A DNA stretch of 64,000 bases from an uncultured Alphaproteobacteria bacterium. GTDB lineage: Bacteria; Pseudomonadota; Alphaproteobacteria; Rhizobiales; Xanthobacteraceae. The position numbers and the translations under genes are program-made. The stretch lies in assembly GCA_963791925.1 (NCBI GenBank), contig CAWBUA010000003.1:296604-360603 (forward strand), in the 5' to 3' direction. Below the pieces are notes generated by a model. That model saw only the letters and a program-made list of their open reading frames with translations, searched no databases and was not told the DNA's origin. Of this stretch, positions 38,628 through 47,715 are shown in pieces; position 1 is the stretch's first letter; each line of letters starts with the position of its first letter.

Positions 38628-38746
38628 TGATATCGATGATACCTCGTTTGGCTCGACCTCTCGGTAGTTATCCCCACACCCGGAGCAAATGAGCCTGGCC
38701 CACTCCGGACAGGTACGACTTTTATCGTGCTACTGTTTAGGGACGT

Positions 38747-39556
38747 ATGGATGCGGTTGTTGCGAAAGAGAAAGCCATCAGAGGGCTAGTTGAAACTGCT
38801 GTTCGCTCTTACGCATCCGGGTTCGAAGCGCGCCACGTGTCCCAGAAGGATGATCCGGACGGTGTCATCAACATGAAGGTGCATAACCCTTTCATCGCCG
38901 CCTTGGGAGCTGAGGTGCAATACTATTCGTCGCTGGTGCGTTCCTTGGACAGCTCGCTCGGTGATATGTTGGAGGGGCTCGCGGTGTCCATCGCGCAACT
39001 CTCGTACCAGGTTAGCCGAGAAGTTGAGGGATATCTGAGCGATAAGCAGACGGGAAAGATTGCGCGGCTTTTGGAGGAATACAAAAGGCGGGTGAAGCGA
39101 CCGGAAGTGAGTGACTACGCCCTTCTGATCGACAAGGGGGCAGACAGCGTGCGTAAAGTACGACACGACAGCGATTATTATTTGAAGGATGAAGAGACTG
39201 GCCGGCACTATTTGATTGAACTAAAAATTGGTGGTGACCTCGACAATAAAAAGGCGCGCGCAGAAAAAGAGGCATTGCTCGAACAATACGCCATCCTGGT
39301 GAACACGCTTGGCACGCCGGAGAAAGTCGCGGTTCGATTTGCTACAGCCTATAACCGCTTCGGGGAAGGGCAGCCGTGGGAGCAAGGGCGAGTGAAACAG
39401 TATTTCGCTCCGGAAGAGTTGCTGATTGGGAAGGAATTTTGGGACTTTGTTTGTAAGTCACCGAAAGGATATGAGGTAGTATTAGCTGAGTACAAGGCGC
39501 ACGCCGGTTTGATCGTTCAAGCTCTTAACAACGTGAAGGCTGCTTATTTGAACTAA
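38747..39556 (+). CDS. Putative type II restriction endonuclease (PD-(D/E)xK; possibly TdeIII-like)
   Basis: 269 aa, 11 nt upstream of the DNA methyltransferase gene. Candidate catalytic motif HDSDYYL...YLIELKIGGDLDNKK (D...ExK). The family name is tentative. Confidence 0.55.
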   Translation: MDAVVAKEKAIRGLVETAVRSYASGFEARHVSQKDDPDGVINMKVHNPFIAALGAEVQYYSSLVRSLDSSLGDMLEGLAVSIAQLSYQVSREVEGYLSDKQTGKIARLLEEYKRRVKRPEVSDYALLIDKGADSVRKVRHDSDYYLKDEETGRHYLIELKIGGDLDNKKARAEKEALLEQYAILVNTLGTPEKVAVRFATAYNRFGEGQPWEQGRVKQYFAPEELLIGKEFWDFVCKSPKGYEVVLAEYKAHAGLIVQALNNVKAAYLN

Positions 39557-39567
39557 TTAAAACATCT

Positions 39568-40377
39568 ATGGACGAAGTGGGGGCAATTTATACCGCCGAT
39601 AGTTTCAAAAAAATCAAAGAGGTTCCCGATCACTCCATCGATGTGATTCTCACTGACCCTCCCTACAATCTAGGTCAATATTCGACCGGTAACTTGAAAA
39701 TGAAGTGGCGCGGCGATTTTAATAATGACATTGCCGAGTGGGACAAGCAGACGTTTACCCCTGGCGAATGGGTCAATGAATTCAAGCGTATTCTAAAACC
39801 AACCGGCAACCTATTTGCCTTCACGAGCTATAATCTCCTGGGCAAATGGCATGAAGCATTTGATCCAGAATTCGATACGTTTCAGTTTATGGTGTGGCAC
39901 AAAACAAATCCGGCGCCGAAATTGAGGAGGGCAGGATTTCTAAATAGTTGCGAGCTGATCGTGTGCGCCTGGAACAAGGGACATACGTGGAATTTCGGTA
40001 GACAGAACGAGATGCACAACTTTATCCAAACGCCAATTTGCATGGGAAGAGAGAGACTAAAAGCTCCAAAGCACCCCACGCAGAAGCCGGTCAAAGTGCT
40101 CGACCACTTACTGAAGCTGGGCTCAAAGGAGGGTGATCTTGTGTTTGACCCATTTATGGGAGTTGGGTCATCCGGCGTCGCGGCTCTTAATATGAAACGG
40201 CGCTTCCTCGGCTTCGACACCGATCCTACTTATGTGAATGCCGCCGGCAAGCGCTTCGAAGATGTGTGTGGGGCGACGGTAGTGCCGCTCAAACGCGGGC
40301 AGCCACAGCCATTTTTGCTGACGCCGACGCCAATCAAAGTAGACAAGCTAAGGCAGTTTTTTGCCGTAGCAGCGTGA
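39568..40377 (+). CDS. DNA methyltransferase, N6-adenine/N4-cytosine beta class (N6_N4_Mtase)
   Basis: Catalytic ILTDPPYNLG near the N-terminus and the AdoMet motif DLVFDPFMGVGSSGVAA near the C-terminus (beta-class order). HPTQKP block also present. Confidence 0.9.
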   Translation: MDEVGAIYTADSFKKIKEVPDHSIDVILTDPPYNLGQYSTGNLKMKWRGDFNNDIAEWDKQTFTPGEWVNEFKRILKPTGNLFAFTSYNLLGKWHEAFDPEFDTFQFMVWHKTNPAPKLRRAGFLNSCELIVCAWNKGHTWNFGRQNEMHNFIQTPICMGRERLKAPKHPTQKPVKVLDHLLKLGSKEGDLVFDPFMGVGSSGVAALNMKRRFLGFDTDPTYVNAAGKRFEDVCGATVVPLKRGQPQPFLLTPTPIKVDKLRQFFAVAA

Positions 40378-40530
40378 ATTAAAACGATTGAGAATTAGCA
40401 GGTAGGCACTTGGGCACGACCCCGTTAGTCAAATACGACTCGACAAGATTGGTCGGTGGCTGAAGGGACCTCAACAGATCGTCGAAAGCAAAGTTCGCGT
40501 CTCTGCAAAATAGCGAAAGTTGCTCACTAT

Positions 40531-42030
40531 TCACATAGCTTTCGCAGAGAGTTCTAACAGCTTGGCGCGCTGGGCCGGATTGGTGACGTGCTTCGCAACG
40601 AGGTTCGTGACTTCGTTCAAGGCGACCGCAGCCGCGCCGCGTTTCGGGCTCACTTTAGTGAGCTTCACCTTGAGCTTGTCGAGGCTCGATTCCAATTGAG
40701 TGCGAAGAGCGGCCGTGGCCACATGTTTAGTCTTAGTCCTTGCTCGCAACACCGCGGATTTAAATCGCGAAAGCTCCGCTCGATCGAACGGTCGCTTTTG
40801 CTTGAGGCGGGTGCTCGTCTCGGTGATGACATTTCTCACTACCTGCTCGGAGTTGCGGGAAACTGAGGCGGATCGGCAGCGCTGGGTTATTTTCCCGGCG
40901 AGGGGGCCGAGCTGGACGAGTAGATTGTAATAGTGGTGATTTACCTCGAAATTGTCTCTGCGGGCATTGGGGACAATGCGGGGGTCGCAGATATGGATTT
41001 CCCCGATGCTCCAACCGTTAAATCGCGGCTCTTTGAAAATTTCGTCGAAAAGCCCTGCGTCGCCGACCTGTAGATCGCCGACGCGGGCTCTCAAGCCGCG
41101 TACCCCGAGAGCTGGCAGGATGCTACGGACATATTCGTGGTGAGCTATCCACGCGATGGCGCCTGTATCTCCGTCGACGTTGGCAAACTCTAGGAATTCG
41201 ATGTTCCCGATGCGCAGCTTATGTGCCGTTGCCGGGAAGATCATCTCATTTCGGAGGGGTCGGAACACTCGATCTCCCGCAACGACAAGATTGAGTGGCG
41301 TCCTGTTTACTTTGGAAGCCAAACCTTCTTCAATCTGGGCTCCGAAGCTGAATTCTGGAGAGAATGGCAGAGGAGCTACCTGGGAAAGGTAGTGCGCTAT
41401 GACGCGTTCATTCAGCAGGAGATCGTTTCGTAGACGCGCGATTTCTTTAAGGCGAACCTCAAAAAAATGATCGTCGGAATCATTTGCCGTTTCGTGAGAT
41501 ACCGACACAGTGTCGGCAATTATCCGACGAACGTCCCCTCCAAATGCAGCGTCGGTAAGCCGCTCGCGCAAGCCTCGACAATCCCACGAAACTGAAACGA
41601 TCTTTTTCTCTCCGGGCGCCTTGGTTCTGAATTCAAGTTCGCGGCAGTGTGCGAGTCCGGACAGACGACCAACTCCCCGAAATCCCCTAGCTTGCGAACC
41701 GCGCTTCGGCGACCCCCCAATCGCAACCAAAGTGGAGACGGCGTCCTGGGCTTTGATGCCGGCGCCGTTGTCTCGGATGGAAACGCTCCGGCCGCCCTGG
41801 TCAAAAGTAATTTCGACTCGCCCGTGCTCTCTGGGCGTGAGTACCCCTTTTTTTTTGGCTTGATCGATGGAATCAGCGGAATTCTGGATGTACTCCCGAT
41901 AGATCGTAGTGGGGGAGACATACATTCCCGATGTAACAATCTCTATAACGTCTTTTCCGACCCGGATGTCATCTATGTCGATCTGCTCGCGGGGGGGCAC
42001 GCGATTATGTAAGACGCTCGATTCCATCAC
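40531..42030 (-). CDS. GHKL-superfamily ATPase (HATPase_c_3 / MORC-like)
   Basis: N box EYIQNSADS, G1 box IRDNGAGI, G2 box ARGFRGVGRLSG. ATG at 42027 shares one nucleotide with the radical-SAM stop codon (TGATG). Confidence 0.8.
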   Translation of the reverse strand: MMESSVLHNRVPPREQIDIDDIRVGKDVIEIVTSGMYVSPTTIYREYIQNSADSIDQAKKKGVLTPREHGRVEITFDQGGRSVSIRDNGAGIKAQDAVSTLVAIGGSPKRGSQARGFRGVGRLSGLAHCRELEFRTKAPGEKKIVSVSWDCRGLRERLTDAAFGGDVRRIIADTVSVSHETANDSDDHFFEVRLKEIARLRNDLLLNERVIAHYLSQVAPLPFSPEFSFGAQIEEGLASKVNRTPLNLVVAGDRVFRPLRNEMIFPATAHKLRIGNIEFLEFANVDGDTGAIAWIAHHEYVRSILPALGVRGLRARVGDLQVGDAGLFDEIFKEPRFNGWSIGEIHICDPRIVPNARRDNFEVNHHYYNLLVQLGPLAGKITQRCRSASVSRNSEQVVRNVITETSTRLKQKRPFDRAELSRFKSAVLRARTKTKHVATAALRTQLESSLDKLKVKLTKVSPKRGAAAVALNEVTNLVAKHVTNPAQRAKLLELSAKAM

Positions 42031-43685
42031 GCTGCCTTCCTCTTATTTTTACGCTTGGATGGTATTTGAAGCGAAACAATATCGTCCTCAAGGCCTGCAT
42101 CCTCGACGATTTCTTCCTCAGTCATATTGATTTGCGCGGTCGTTTGTTGTGCAAGCCGCTCCCGTTGTATTTGCCGAATGCGGCTCTCAACTTCGCGGGT
42201 CAGCGGAAAATAGAAGCGCGCGACTTGCTGCATGTTAGGCGGCAGATCGCGGATGTCCCGCGTATACTCCGCTGGGTTTCTTCCGGACAAAAATGCGACA
42301 AGCTCAGTGTGTTCGGCCTGCGACAGTCGGCCGAGCTGTGCGCGGTATTCATCCAGCTCGCCCCGGCCCTCATAGCGCTCGTAGTATTGGCGATTGAAGA
42401 TCATATGGTGAGGTCGTGCCAGTATGCCTTCAAATTCATCGTGTGTGGCTCCAAACGCCGCTTTGAAGAACTCGGGCTCTCCGGAGACAACTCCGTGTGT
42501 CGCCTGAAGGACAAGCTGTACCGATCGGAGGAAGTATCTATTCCACTTCGGTCCGATATGTGACCGAACCGGCAAGTCGGTCGGCTGATACCGCATCGGG
42601 AACGAGTAAATGCGGATGGCCAGTTCCTCGTTGAGCCTCACGTTCAAATACATGCGCTCGAAGAGGTCTGCCGGTGTGTCGTGAAAATTATAAAGCATAT
42701 AGTTCGAGAGGTCGTTTAATCCGAACTCATGGGCATATCGAACTGCGGTTTCATAAGGGCCTTTGAGCCCAAGGTGGTCGAACGCGATGCGCAGCGGACT
42801 GAGACAGATTGAGGACAGCTCGCGCAAGTACATTCTGTCCTTGCACAGAATCCGAGCGTCCACTCCCTGATTAAAGTCCACGCGACGCAGAGCCCCGACG
42901 CGCTCTCCTTCGCGTTTGAGTTTGGCTCCGCGGATAAATCCAAGATCGCGGATTTCGGCGATGATTTCCTTGAAGCGCGCGGAAGCGACGACGTTGTTGT
43001 CCATCAACATGAGGTCGCGGCGCGGGCCGTACATGCGGTCAACGCCCTGGACGAATTCAGTGAGCGGGGTTGCGTCGCGCTGTGCTCCTTCCAGTTTGGG
43101 TACGCCGCAGAAGTGACACTTGCGAATACAGCCGCGCGACGCATACGCGAAATACGCGTCTCTGACGGGATACTTGTAGTCTATCTGATCAAGAATGCTG
43201 TAATCCGGGATAAGGTCTTCGATGGGAGAGCTGGTCACGTCGTCCGCATAAAAGTCGCCGTCGAAGGCGTCGAGCTGAAGCGATTTGGCCGGCGGGCCGT
43301 CTAGGAGGCCGCGGATAAAGCGGACGCCCCGCCACCGCGATTCTTGAAGGAACCGGTCATGCATGAGCGAGGCGGCGATGCCGCCCACGAATACGCGCTG
43401 CGACTGCCCGTGCACGGCATCGATGGCAAAATCGATCGTTTCAGCGATGGACTGATACTCGAATGAGAAGAGGGTCGTGATGTATATCCGGTCCCACGGG
43501 TGATTCGTGAGCCGGGGGTGCGTGCCCTTTGCGAAGGTGACGTGGTCGCGCTTGCCGGCTGGCCCGTGATACTGGGCAATTTTCATCAATCCCAGAGGCG
43601 GGTACTTGTTCTTATAGCCCGGCTCCAGCAGCAGAATTCGCTTATTTGGCATGGACTTCGACCCTAGCTTCGCCGCATCATACAT
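42027..43685 (-). CDS. Radical SAM protein with N-terminal Rossmann/B12-binding-like domain
   Basis: CIRKCHFC, i.e. CxxxCxxC at Cys186/190/193 (43107-43130). The N-terminal KRILLLEPGYKNKYPPLGLMKIAQY resembles class-B radical-SAM N-domains. Alternative start MPNKR at 43652. Confidence 0.8.
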   Translation of the reverse strand: MYDAAKLGSKSMPNKRILLLEPGYKNKYPPLGLMKIAQYHGPAGKRDHVTFAKGTHPRLTNHPWDRIYITTLFSFEYQSIAETIDFAIDAVHGQSQRVFVGGIAASLMHDRFLQESRWRGVRFIRGLLDGPPAKSLQLDAFDGDFYADDVTSSPIEDLIPDYSILDQIDYKYPVRDAYFAYASRGCIRKCHFCGVPKLEGAQRDATPLTEFVQGVDRMYGPRRDLMLMDNNVVASARFKEIIAEIRDLGFIRGAKLKREGERVGALRRVDFNQGVDARILCKDRMYLRELSSICLSPLRIAFDHLGLKGPYETAVRYAHEFGLNDLSNYMLYNFHDTPADLFERMYLNVRLNEELAIRIYSFPMRYQPTDLPVRSHIGPKWNRYFLRSVQLVLQATHGVVSGEPEFFKAAFGATHDEFEGILARPHHMIFNRQYYERYEGRGELDEYRAQLGRLSQAEHTELVAFLSGRNPAEYTRDIRDLPPNMQQVARFYFPLTREVESRIRQIQRERLAQQTTAQINMTEEEIVEDAGLEDDIVSLQIPSKRKNKRKAA

Positions 43686-43795
43686 CGGCCGAGATGGAAA
43701 CGCGATCGGGAAATTGACCGAAGTTGTATTTTTCTGGGGGCGGATAAGGAAAGGGGCCGTAATGAGTTGGCCACCAGCTGAGGGGGCTGGGAAGC

Positions 43796-45208
43796 ATGGG
43801 ACGAAGAAAACGGCCTAGATTTCGAAAAAAAGAGGCCCCCGGGCGAGCTGTACCAAAGGGCCAAACATTGACCGGGCTAATATCCGGCGATGCTTTGAAG
43901 CCTGTCTACGCTGTGAAAGCCAAAGCGGTCGACGAAAAGACAGTCTCCGCTTCAAGGCCGGAAGCTCTAGCTGCCAAAATCGAGGCTGAGAAGGCTGATG
44001 GGTGGCACGTTCTTCGTAACAGTGCAAAATCGGCTCGCCTCGCCAAAGACAAGCCCATCGACCGCCAACTTGAAGATGACGTCTGGTCACTTTTATATCG
44101 AATGGGCTTCAAGGAACTGAACTTTGATCGCAATTTTTCCGTCAAAATCAACGATGGAACGGCAGAGCGGCAGCTCGACGTGTTCGCGAAAGACGACGAG
44201 ACTGTGTTCATCGTGGAATGCACTCACGCGCGGGAAGTCGGCACAAAATCCGTCAAGACTCTTCTAGAGAAAATCGCTGCAATCCGTCCGGAGGTCATTC
44301 AGGCGATTCAAAAGCACTATGGACGTGAAAGCAAGCTCAAGATCAAATTTACAATTGCGACTCGCAATATCGAATGGCGCGGCGCAGATAGAACTTTGGC
44401 TGAGAGCTCCGGCGTACCAATCATAACTGAAGAAGACCTAACGTACTTCAGTCGTCTGACCAGCATACTAAAGCACGCGGCTCGCTTTCAATTCCTCGGT
44501 CGATACTTTGAGGGGGAGAAGGTGGAAGGGCTGAGATCGAAGGTGCCCGCGACGCAAGGGCGCATCGGTAATAAGACTTTCTATAACTTCCTCATCTCGC
44601 CACACGATCTGCTGCGCATTTCTTACATCAGTCACATGGCCAAGGCTTCCAACGACGATCTGGAAACGTACCAACGGATGGTGAAGCCTTCTCGATTGGC
44701 CGCGATTGGTCAATATATCGACGACGGTGGCACCTTTCCAACAAACATTGTCATAAATTTAAAACGAGAAAATCTTCATTTCGATGTCAAAGAAAAATTC
44801 GGCGACACGGCGACCGGGATTCTTAGCCTGCCAGGACTGTATGGGTCAGCGTGGATCGTCGATGGGCAACATCGGCTTTATGGCTATGCCTACGCAACTC
44901 GCAAAGTCGAGGAAGACCGCTCGGTCGTCCCCGTACTAGCTTATGAGAACTTGCCCGTCCGCGAAGAAATTGAGCTCTTCGTGGACATCAATACTAAGCA
45001 AGTAAAAGTGAGTCGAAATCTAGTCAACGAAATTGTTTCCAGTCTGAATGTCGATGATCCAGATGCGAGAAAGCGCCTCGACGCGATGTGCGCACGTGTC
45101 GCACTTCGGCTCGACTCGCATTCGACGTCACCTCTAAAAGATCGAAGTCTTAACGGTGGCCCAGGAGAAGAATCATACCCGCTGTTTGACTCTGACTTCG
45201 CTCGCTGA
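43796..45208 (+). CDS. DGQHR-domain (DndB/ParB-like) protein with N-terminal nuclease-fold-like region, 5' segment truncated by a frameshift
   Basis: WIVDGQHRLYGYAYA (44861-44875), YQRMVKPSRLAAIGQYI, FPTNIVINL. The N-terminal QLDVFAKDDETVFIVECTHA resembles a degenerate PD-(D/E)xK core. The ORF ends in junk after ...STSPLK. Confidence 0.8.
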   Translation: MGRRKRPRFRKKEAPGRAVPKGQTLTGLISGDALKPVYAVKAKAVDEKTVSASRPEALAAKIEAEKADGWHVLRNSAKSARLAKDKPIDRQLEDDVWSLLYRMGFKELNFDRNFSVKINDGTAERQLDVFAKDDETVFIVECTHAREVGTKSVKTLLEKIAAIRPEVIQAIQKHYGRESKLKIKFTIATRNIEWRGADRTLAESSGVPIITEEDLTYFSRLTSILKHAARFQFLGRYFEGEKVEGLRSKVPATQGRIGNKTFYNFLISPHDLLRISYISHMAKASNDDLETYQRMVKPSRLAAIGQYIDDGGTFPTNIVINLKRENLHFDVKEKFGDTATGILSLPGLYGSAWIVDGQHRLYGYAYATRKVEEDRSVVPVLAYENLPVREEIELFVDINTKQVKVSRNLVNEIVSSLNVDDPDARKRLDAMCARVALRLDSHSTSPLKDRSLNGGPGEESYPLFDSDFAR

Positions 45209-46202
45209 TGGCATAGCGGAGAACAATCTTATTGGTTCTCTCTATAGGGCGCAAAAAGGCGGTGTGACGATGCTAGTTGCTGGCCCGCTCAGCGACCCAT
45301 CGGTCGATTCTAAGCTGAGCATGGACAAGGCGGTTGAAACGCTTTCGCGGTACTATGCGCTTTTTGCGAAAGGCCTCGAAAGCCATTGGGCACTCGGAGA
45401 TGATAAAGGCGGATTTCTCGCCACCAACCTCGGTCTTCGCGCCATCACGCAATTGCTTCGGCGCCTAATAGCATTTGTCGAACGGAAGGAAGAGGTGAGC
45501 GCATCGACGCTCGACCCTGAAGATATTGTCGATCGCATTAAGCCTTATGTTGATCCCGTGATTGAATTTTTCCAAACAGCAAATGCAAGTGACATTGCTA
45601 AGTTTCGCAATCGTGGCAGTTCATTACAAAGCGTTGATCAAAACTGCATGCAAATGATGGCGATCATTCACGGCGTAAAAGGGGATACCTTCGATTTAGT
45701 CGAGGTGCGGGATTGGATTCAAAGTCAAGATGCGCAGGGTACCAAGCAAGCTGGGGATATGATTGATGAGATCAACCGAATTATTTTTGCCGATGTTATC
45801 GATAGACTTAAGACAAAGTTTGGCAGCAATGAAAAGGAATGGTGGGTCCAAGGTGTGCCGGCAAAGGTACGCAACGACTGCGACAAGCAGTACAATGAAT
45901 TAAACGGCGAACATGAGAGATGGCAATTTCTTTATCTAATAAGTTATGTTGATATCGTTCTATATAATGATAATTGGGATTTGTTCAAAGAGTACTACGA
46001 CTTCTATGGCGGGGGCAAAAAGGCCGACCGTGTGCGTTGGATCGTGAAACTTAACAAGGCTCGGCAGGTAACGCATCACGCAGAGAAGGGGCCTCTTTCC
46101 AAGGATCAGGTTGAATTCGTACGACGTGTGCACGCCTTGGTCAAAGAGCACATCGAGCAGCGTAATAAGGTGACGCCAAAGCACTGCTACCTTCCGGAAT
46201 GA
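45156..46202 (+). CDS. 3' segment of the same DGQHR gene, a helical region ending in a Swt1-like HEPN-type domain
   Basis: The frame is open from 45138 (KIEVLTVAQEKNHTRCLTLTSLADGI). The C-terminus WWVQGVPAKVRNDCDKQYN...NWDLFKEYY...KLNKARQVTHHAEKG (R-x4-H at 46062-46079) parallels the HEPN end of the 47994..49118 protein. Confidence 0.7.
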   Translation: MAQEKNHTRCLTLTSLADGIAENNLIGSLYRAQKGGVTMLVAGPLSDPSVDSKLSMDKAVETLSRYYALFAKGLESHWALGDDKGGFLATNLGLRAITQLLRRLIAFVERKEEVSASTLDPEDIVDRIKPYVDPVIEFFQTANASDIAKFRNRGSSLQSVDQNCMQMMAIIHGVKGDTFDLVEVRDWIQSQDAQGTKQAGDMIDEINRIIFADVIDRLKTKFGSNEKEWWVQGVPAKVRNDCDKQYNELNGEHERWQFLYLISYVDIVLYNDNWDLFKEYYDFYGGGKKADRVRWIVKLNKARQVTHHAEKGPLSKDQVEFVRRVHALVKEHIEQRNKVTPKHCYLPE

Positions 46203-46228
46203 TCGAGTAGGCGCCGAATCAGCAAGAA

Positions 46229-46536
46229 ATGACCTGGACCGATCCACAAACGTTGTCTGCTATAGCCGCCGCCTCGGCAGCGGGGGCCGCTTTTACCGTC
46301 GCAGGCATCCAGCTGTATATAGGGCACCGACAATCGAAAGCGGCGCTGCGGTCGGCTGATGCCGCCCTGATGAGTGCGCAAAACGCTGGCCGTCATAGGG
46401 TGGCGGAGTTTCGGCAGGAATGGATAAACAAGGTGATCGATATACTTTCAGAACATCATGGCATTGTCTCGTCTATTCCGGCGGAACAAATGGCTGGTCC
46501 TGATGACGAACGGAGGCTCGCGGGCCTAAGAACTAA
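46229..46536 (+). pseudogene. Small membrane-anchored protein gene, 5' part, split by the IS630-family element
   Basis: N-terminal TM helix LSAIAAASAAGAAFTVAGIQLYI. Removing 46537-47715 joins ...RRLAGLRT to KLAILLNPNEPDTV... (47716-47893) in frame, giving 161 aa. Confidence 0.65.
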
Positions 46537-46549
46537 TACCAACTCCACA

Positions 46550-47107
46550 TCAGAGTGAGTTGGCGATATATGGAAAGGATGTGATGGAGCGGACGAGTTT
46601 GCGGTTGTGCTCGATGTAGAGGATGGCCTGTTTGAGTTTAGCGCGCACGGCGTCGATGGATTTCAGCGCGTAATTCTTGAAGATTTTCTCGCGGATTTCA
46701 TCCCAGAGATTTTCCTTTGGATTAAGTTCGGGCGAATACGGTGGAAGGTACAAGAGCTTGATATTGTCGGGAAGGGTCAGTTGGCCACAGCGATGGTTGG
46801 GCGCGCCGTCGAGAACCAAAAGGATGTCCTGGCGGGCGAACCTGCGCGCCAGCACGTCGAGGAAGGCCTGAAAGCAGGCGGTGTTCGACGTCGGCATGAT
46901 CAGATAGACGCAAACTCCGTCTTTTGGAGAGACTGCGCCGTACAAATAGATGTATTCGCGAATGAGCTGAGCGGCGACCGCTGGTCTCGTTCCGATCGGC
47001 GCCCAGCATGGCCGTGGCCGATTAATGCGGCCGAAGCGCGCTTCATCGGCGAACATGATGCGCAGATGCCGACCGCGCCTCTTGGCCGCCCGCCGAGCCT
47101 GCCTCAC
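46550..47107 (-). CDS. IS630-family transposase, DDE-domain part (orfB)
   Basis: FADEARFG, LVLDGAPNHRC and YLPPYSPELNPKENLWDEIR form the typical DD(34)E region. The frame is open upstream to 47128, inside the A7 run. Confidence 0.85.
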   Translation of the reverse strand: MRQARRAAKRRGRHLRIMFADEARFGRINRPRPCWAPIGTRPAVAAQLIREYIYLYGAVSPKDGVCVYLIMPTSNTACFQAFLDVLARRFARQDILLVLDGAPNHRCGQLTLPDNIKLLYLPPYSPELNPKENLWDEIREKIFKNYALKSIDAVRAKLKQAILYIEHNRKLVRSITSFPYIANSL

Positions 47108-47595
47108 TGCATCAGGAAAGCCGTTTTTTTAAAAGCTTTTTGCGCCGCGAGGTCGCGCTTGGGATGAAACGGCCGCGGCATCAGCTTGCGCCAGCCCTGC
47201 CGGTGCAAGAGATTGTACACCGTGCTGTCGCTGGTCACATGCCCGATCGCCTGTTCATAGGCCGCTTTGAGATCGTGAATGTTCAACATCTCGCCGGCGC
47301 CGGCAGCTTTGGCAAAGCGCGCCAGCAAGGCCTTTTCCGTCGCCACGGTCATGTTCTCGTGCTTGCGTCCGCCATTCGGCTTGGGCTTAAGCGCCTTGAT
47401 GCCACCGTGAGCATAGGCCATGTGCGCGCGGTTCACCGTGCTCAGCGATACACCCATCGCTGCCGCAATCGCGCCCTGCGTCATCCCGCTCTCGCGTAAC
47501 AGCACCATTTGAATGCGCTGGCGCTGTCCGGCCGTGATCTTCCATCGTAGCGCGGTTTTGAGCCGCCGAACCTCGGCTTTGCTGCATTCGACCAT
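47104..47595 (-). CDS. IS630-family transposase, HTH part (orfA)
   Basis: RQRIQMVLLRESGMTQGAIAAAMGVSLSTVNR (HTH) and VYNLLHRQGWRKL. ATG at 47595 lies inside the element. orfB is in the -1 frame. Confidence 0.8.
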   Translation of the reverse strand: MVECSKAEVRRLKTALRWKITAGQRQRIQMVLLRESGMTQGAIAAAMGVSLSTVNRAHMAYAHGGIKALKPKPNGGRKHENMTVATEKALLARFAKAAGAGEMLNIHDLKAAYEQAIGHVTSDSTVYNLLHRQGWRKLMPRPFHPKRDLAAQKAFKKTAFLMQ

Positions 47596-47715
47596 CTGTT
47601 TTCCCCGAATCAGATAGCCAAGCGAATCACACTCAGCGCCTCGAAAACAATTCCCCTGCCTTCCGCTCTCAGCGCAGAAGACTGCCCGATTCAATCCGTT
47701 ATGGAGCTGGTATAA

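Larger units (their letters stand above)
46537..47712. mobile_element. IS630/Tc1-mariner-family insertion sequence (about 1.18 kb)
   Basis: Termini TACCA(A/G)CTCCA.../...TGGAGCTGGTA form imperfect inverted repeats of about 25 bp. Flanking TA(A) duplication at 46534-46536 and 47713-47715. Two overlapping transposase ORFs. Confidence 0.8.

Noticed and set aside
40531-46202. Interpretation of the DGQHR gene as part of a dnd (phosphorothioation), ssp or dpd system, or of the radical-SAM gene as a prokaryotic viperin
   Set aside because: No DndA/C/D/E-like (cysteine desulfurase, PAPS-reductase-like, SMC-like), SspABCD-like or DpdA (tgt-like) genes are present in the window. The radical-SAM protein has its Cys cluster about 185 residues in, after a Rossmann-like domain, unlike viperins, which are about 300 aa with an N-terminal cluster.
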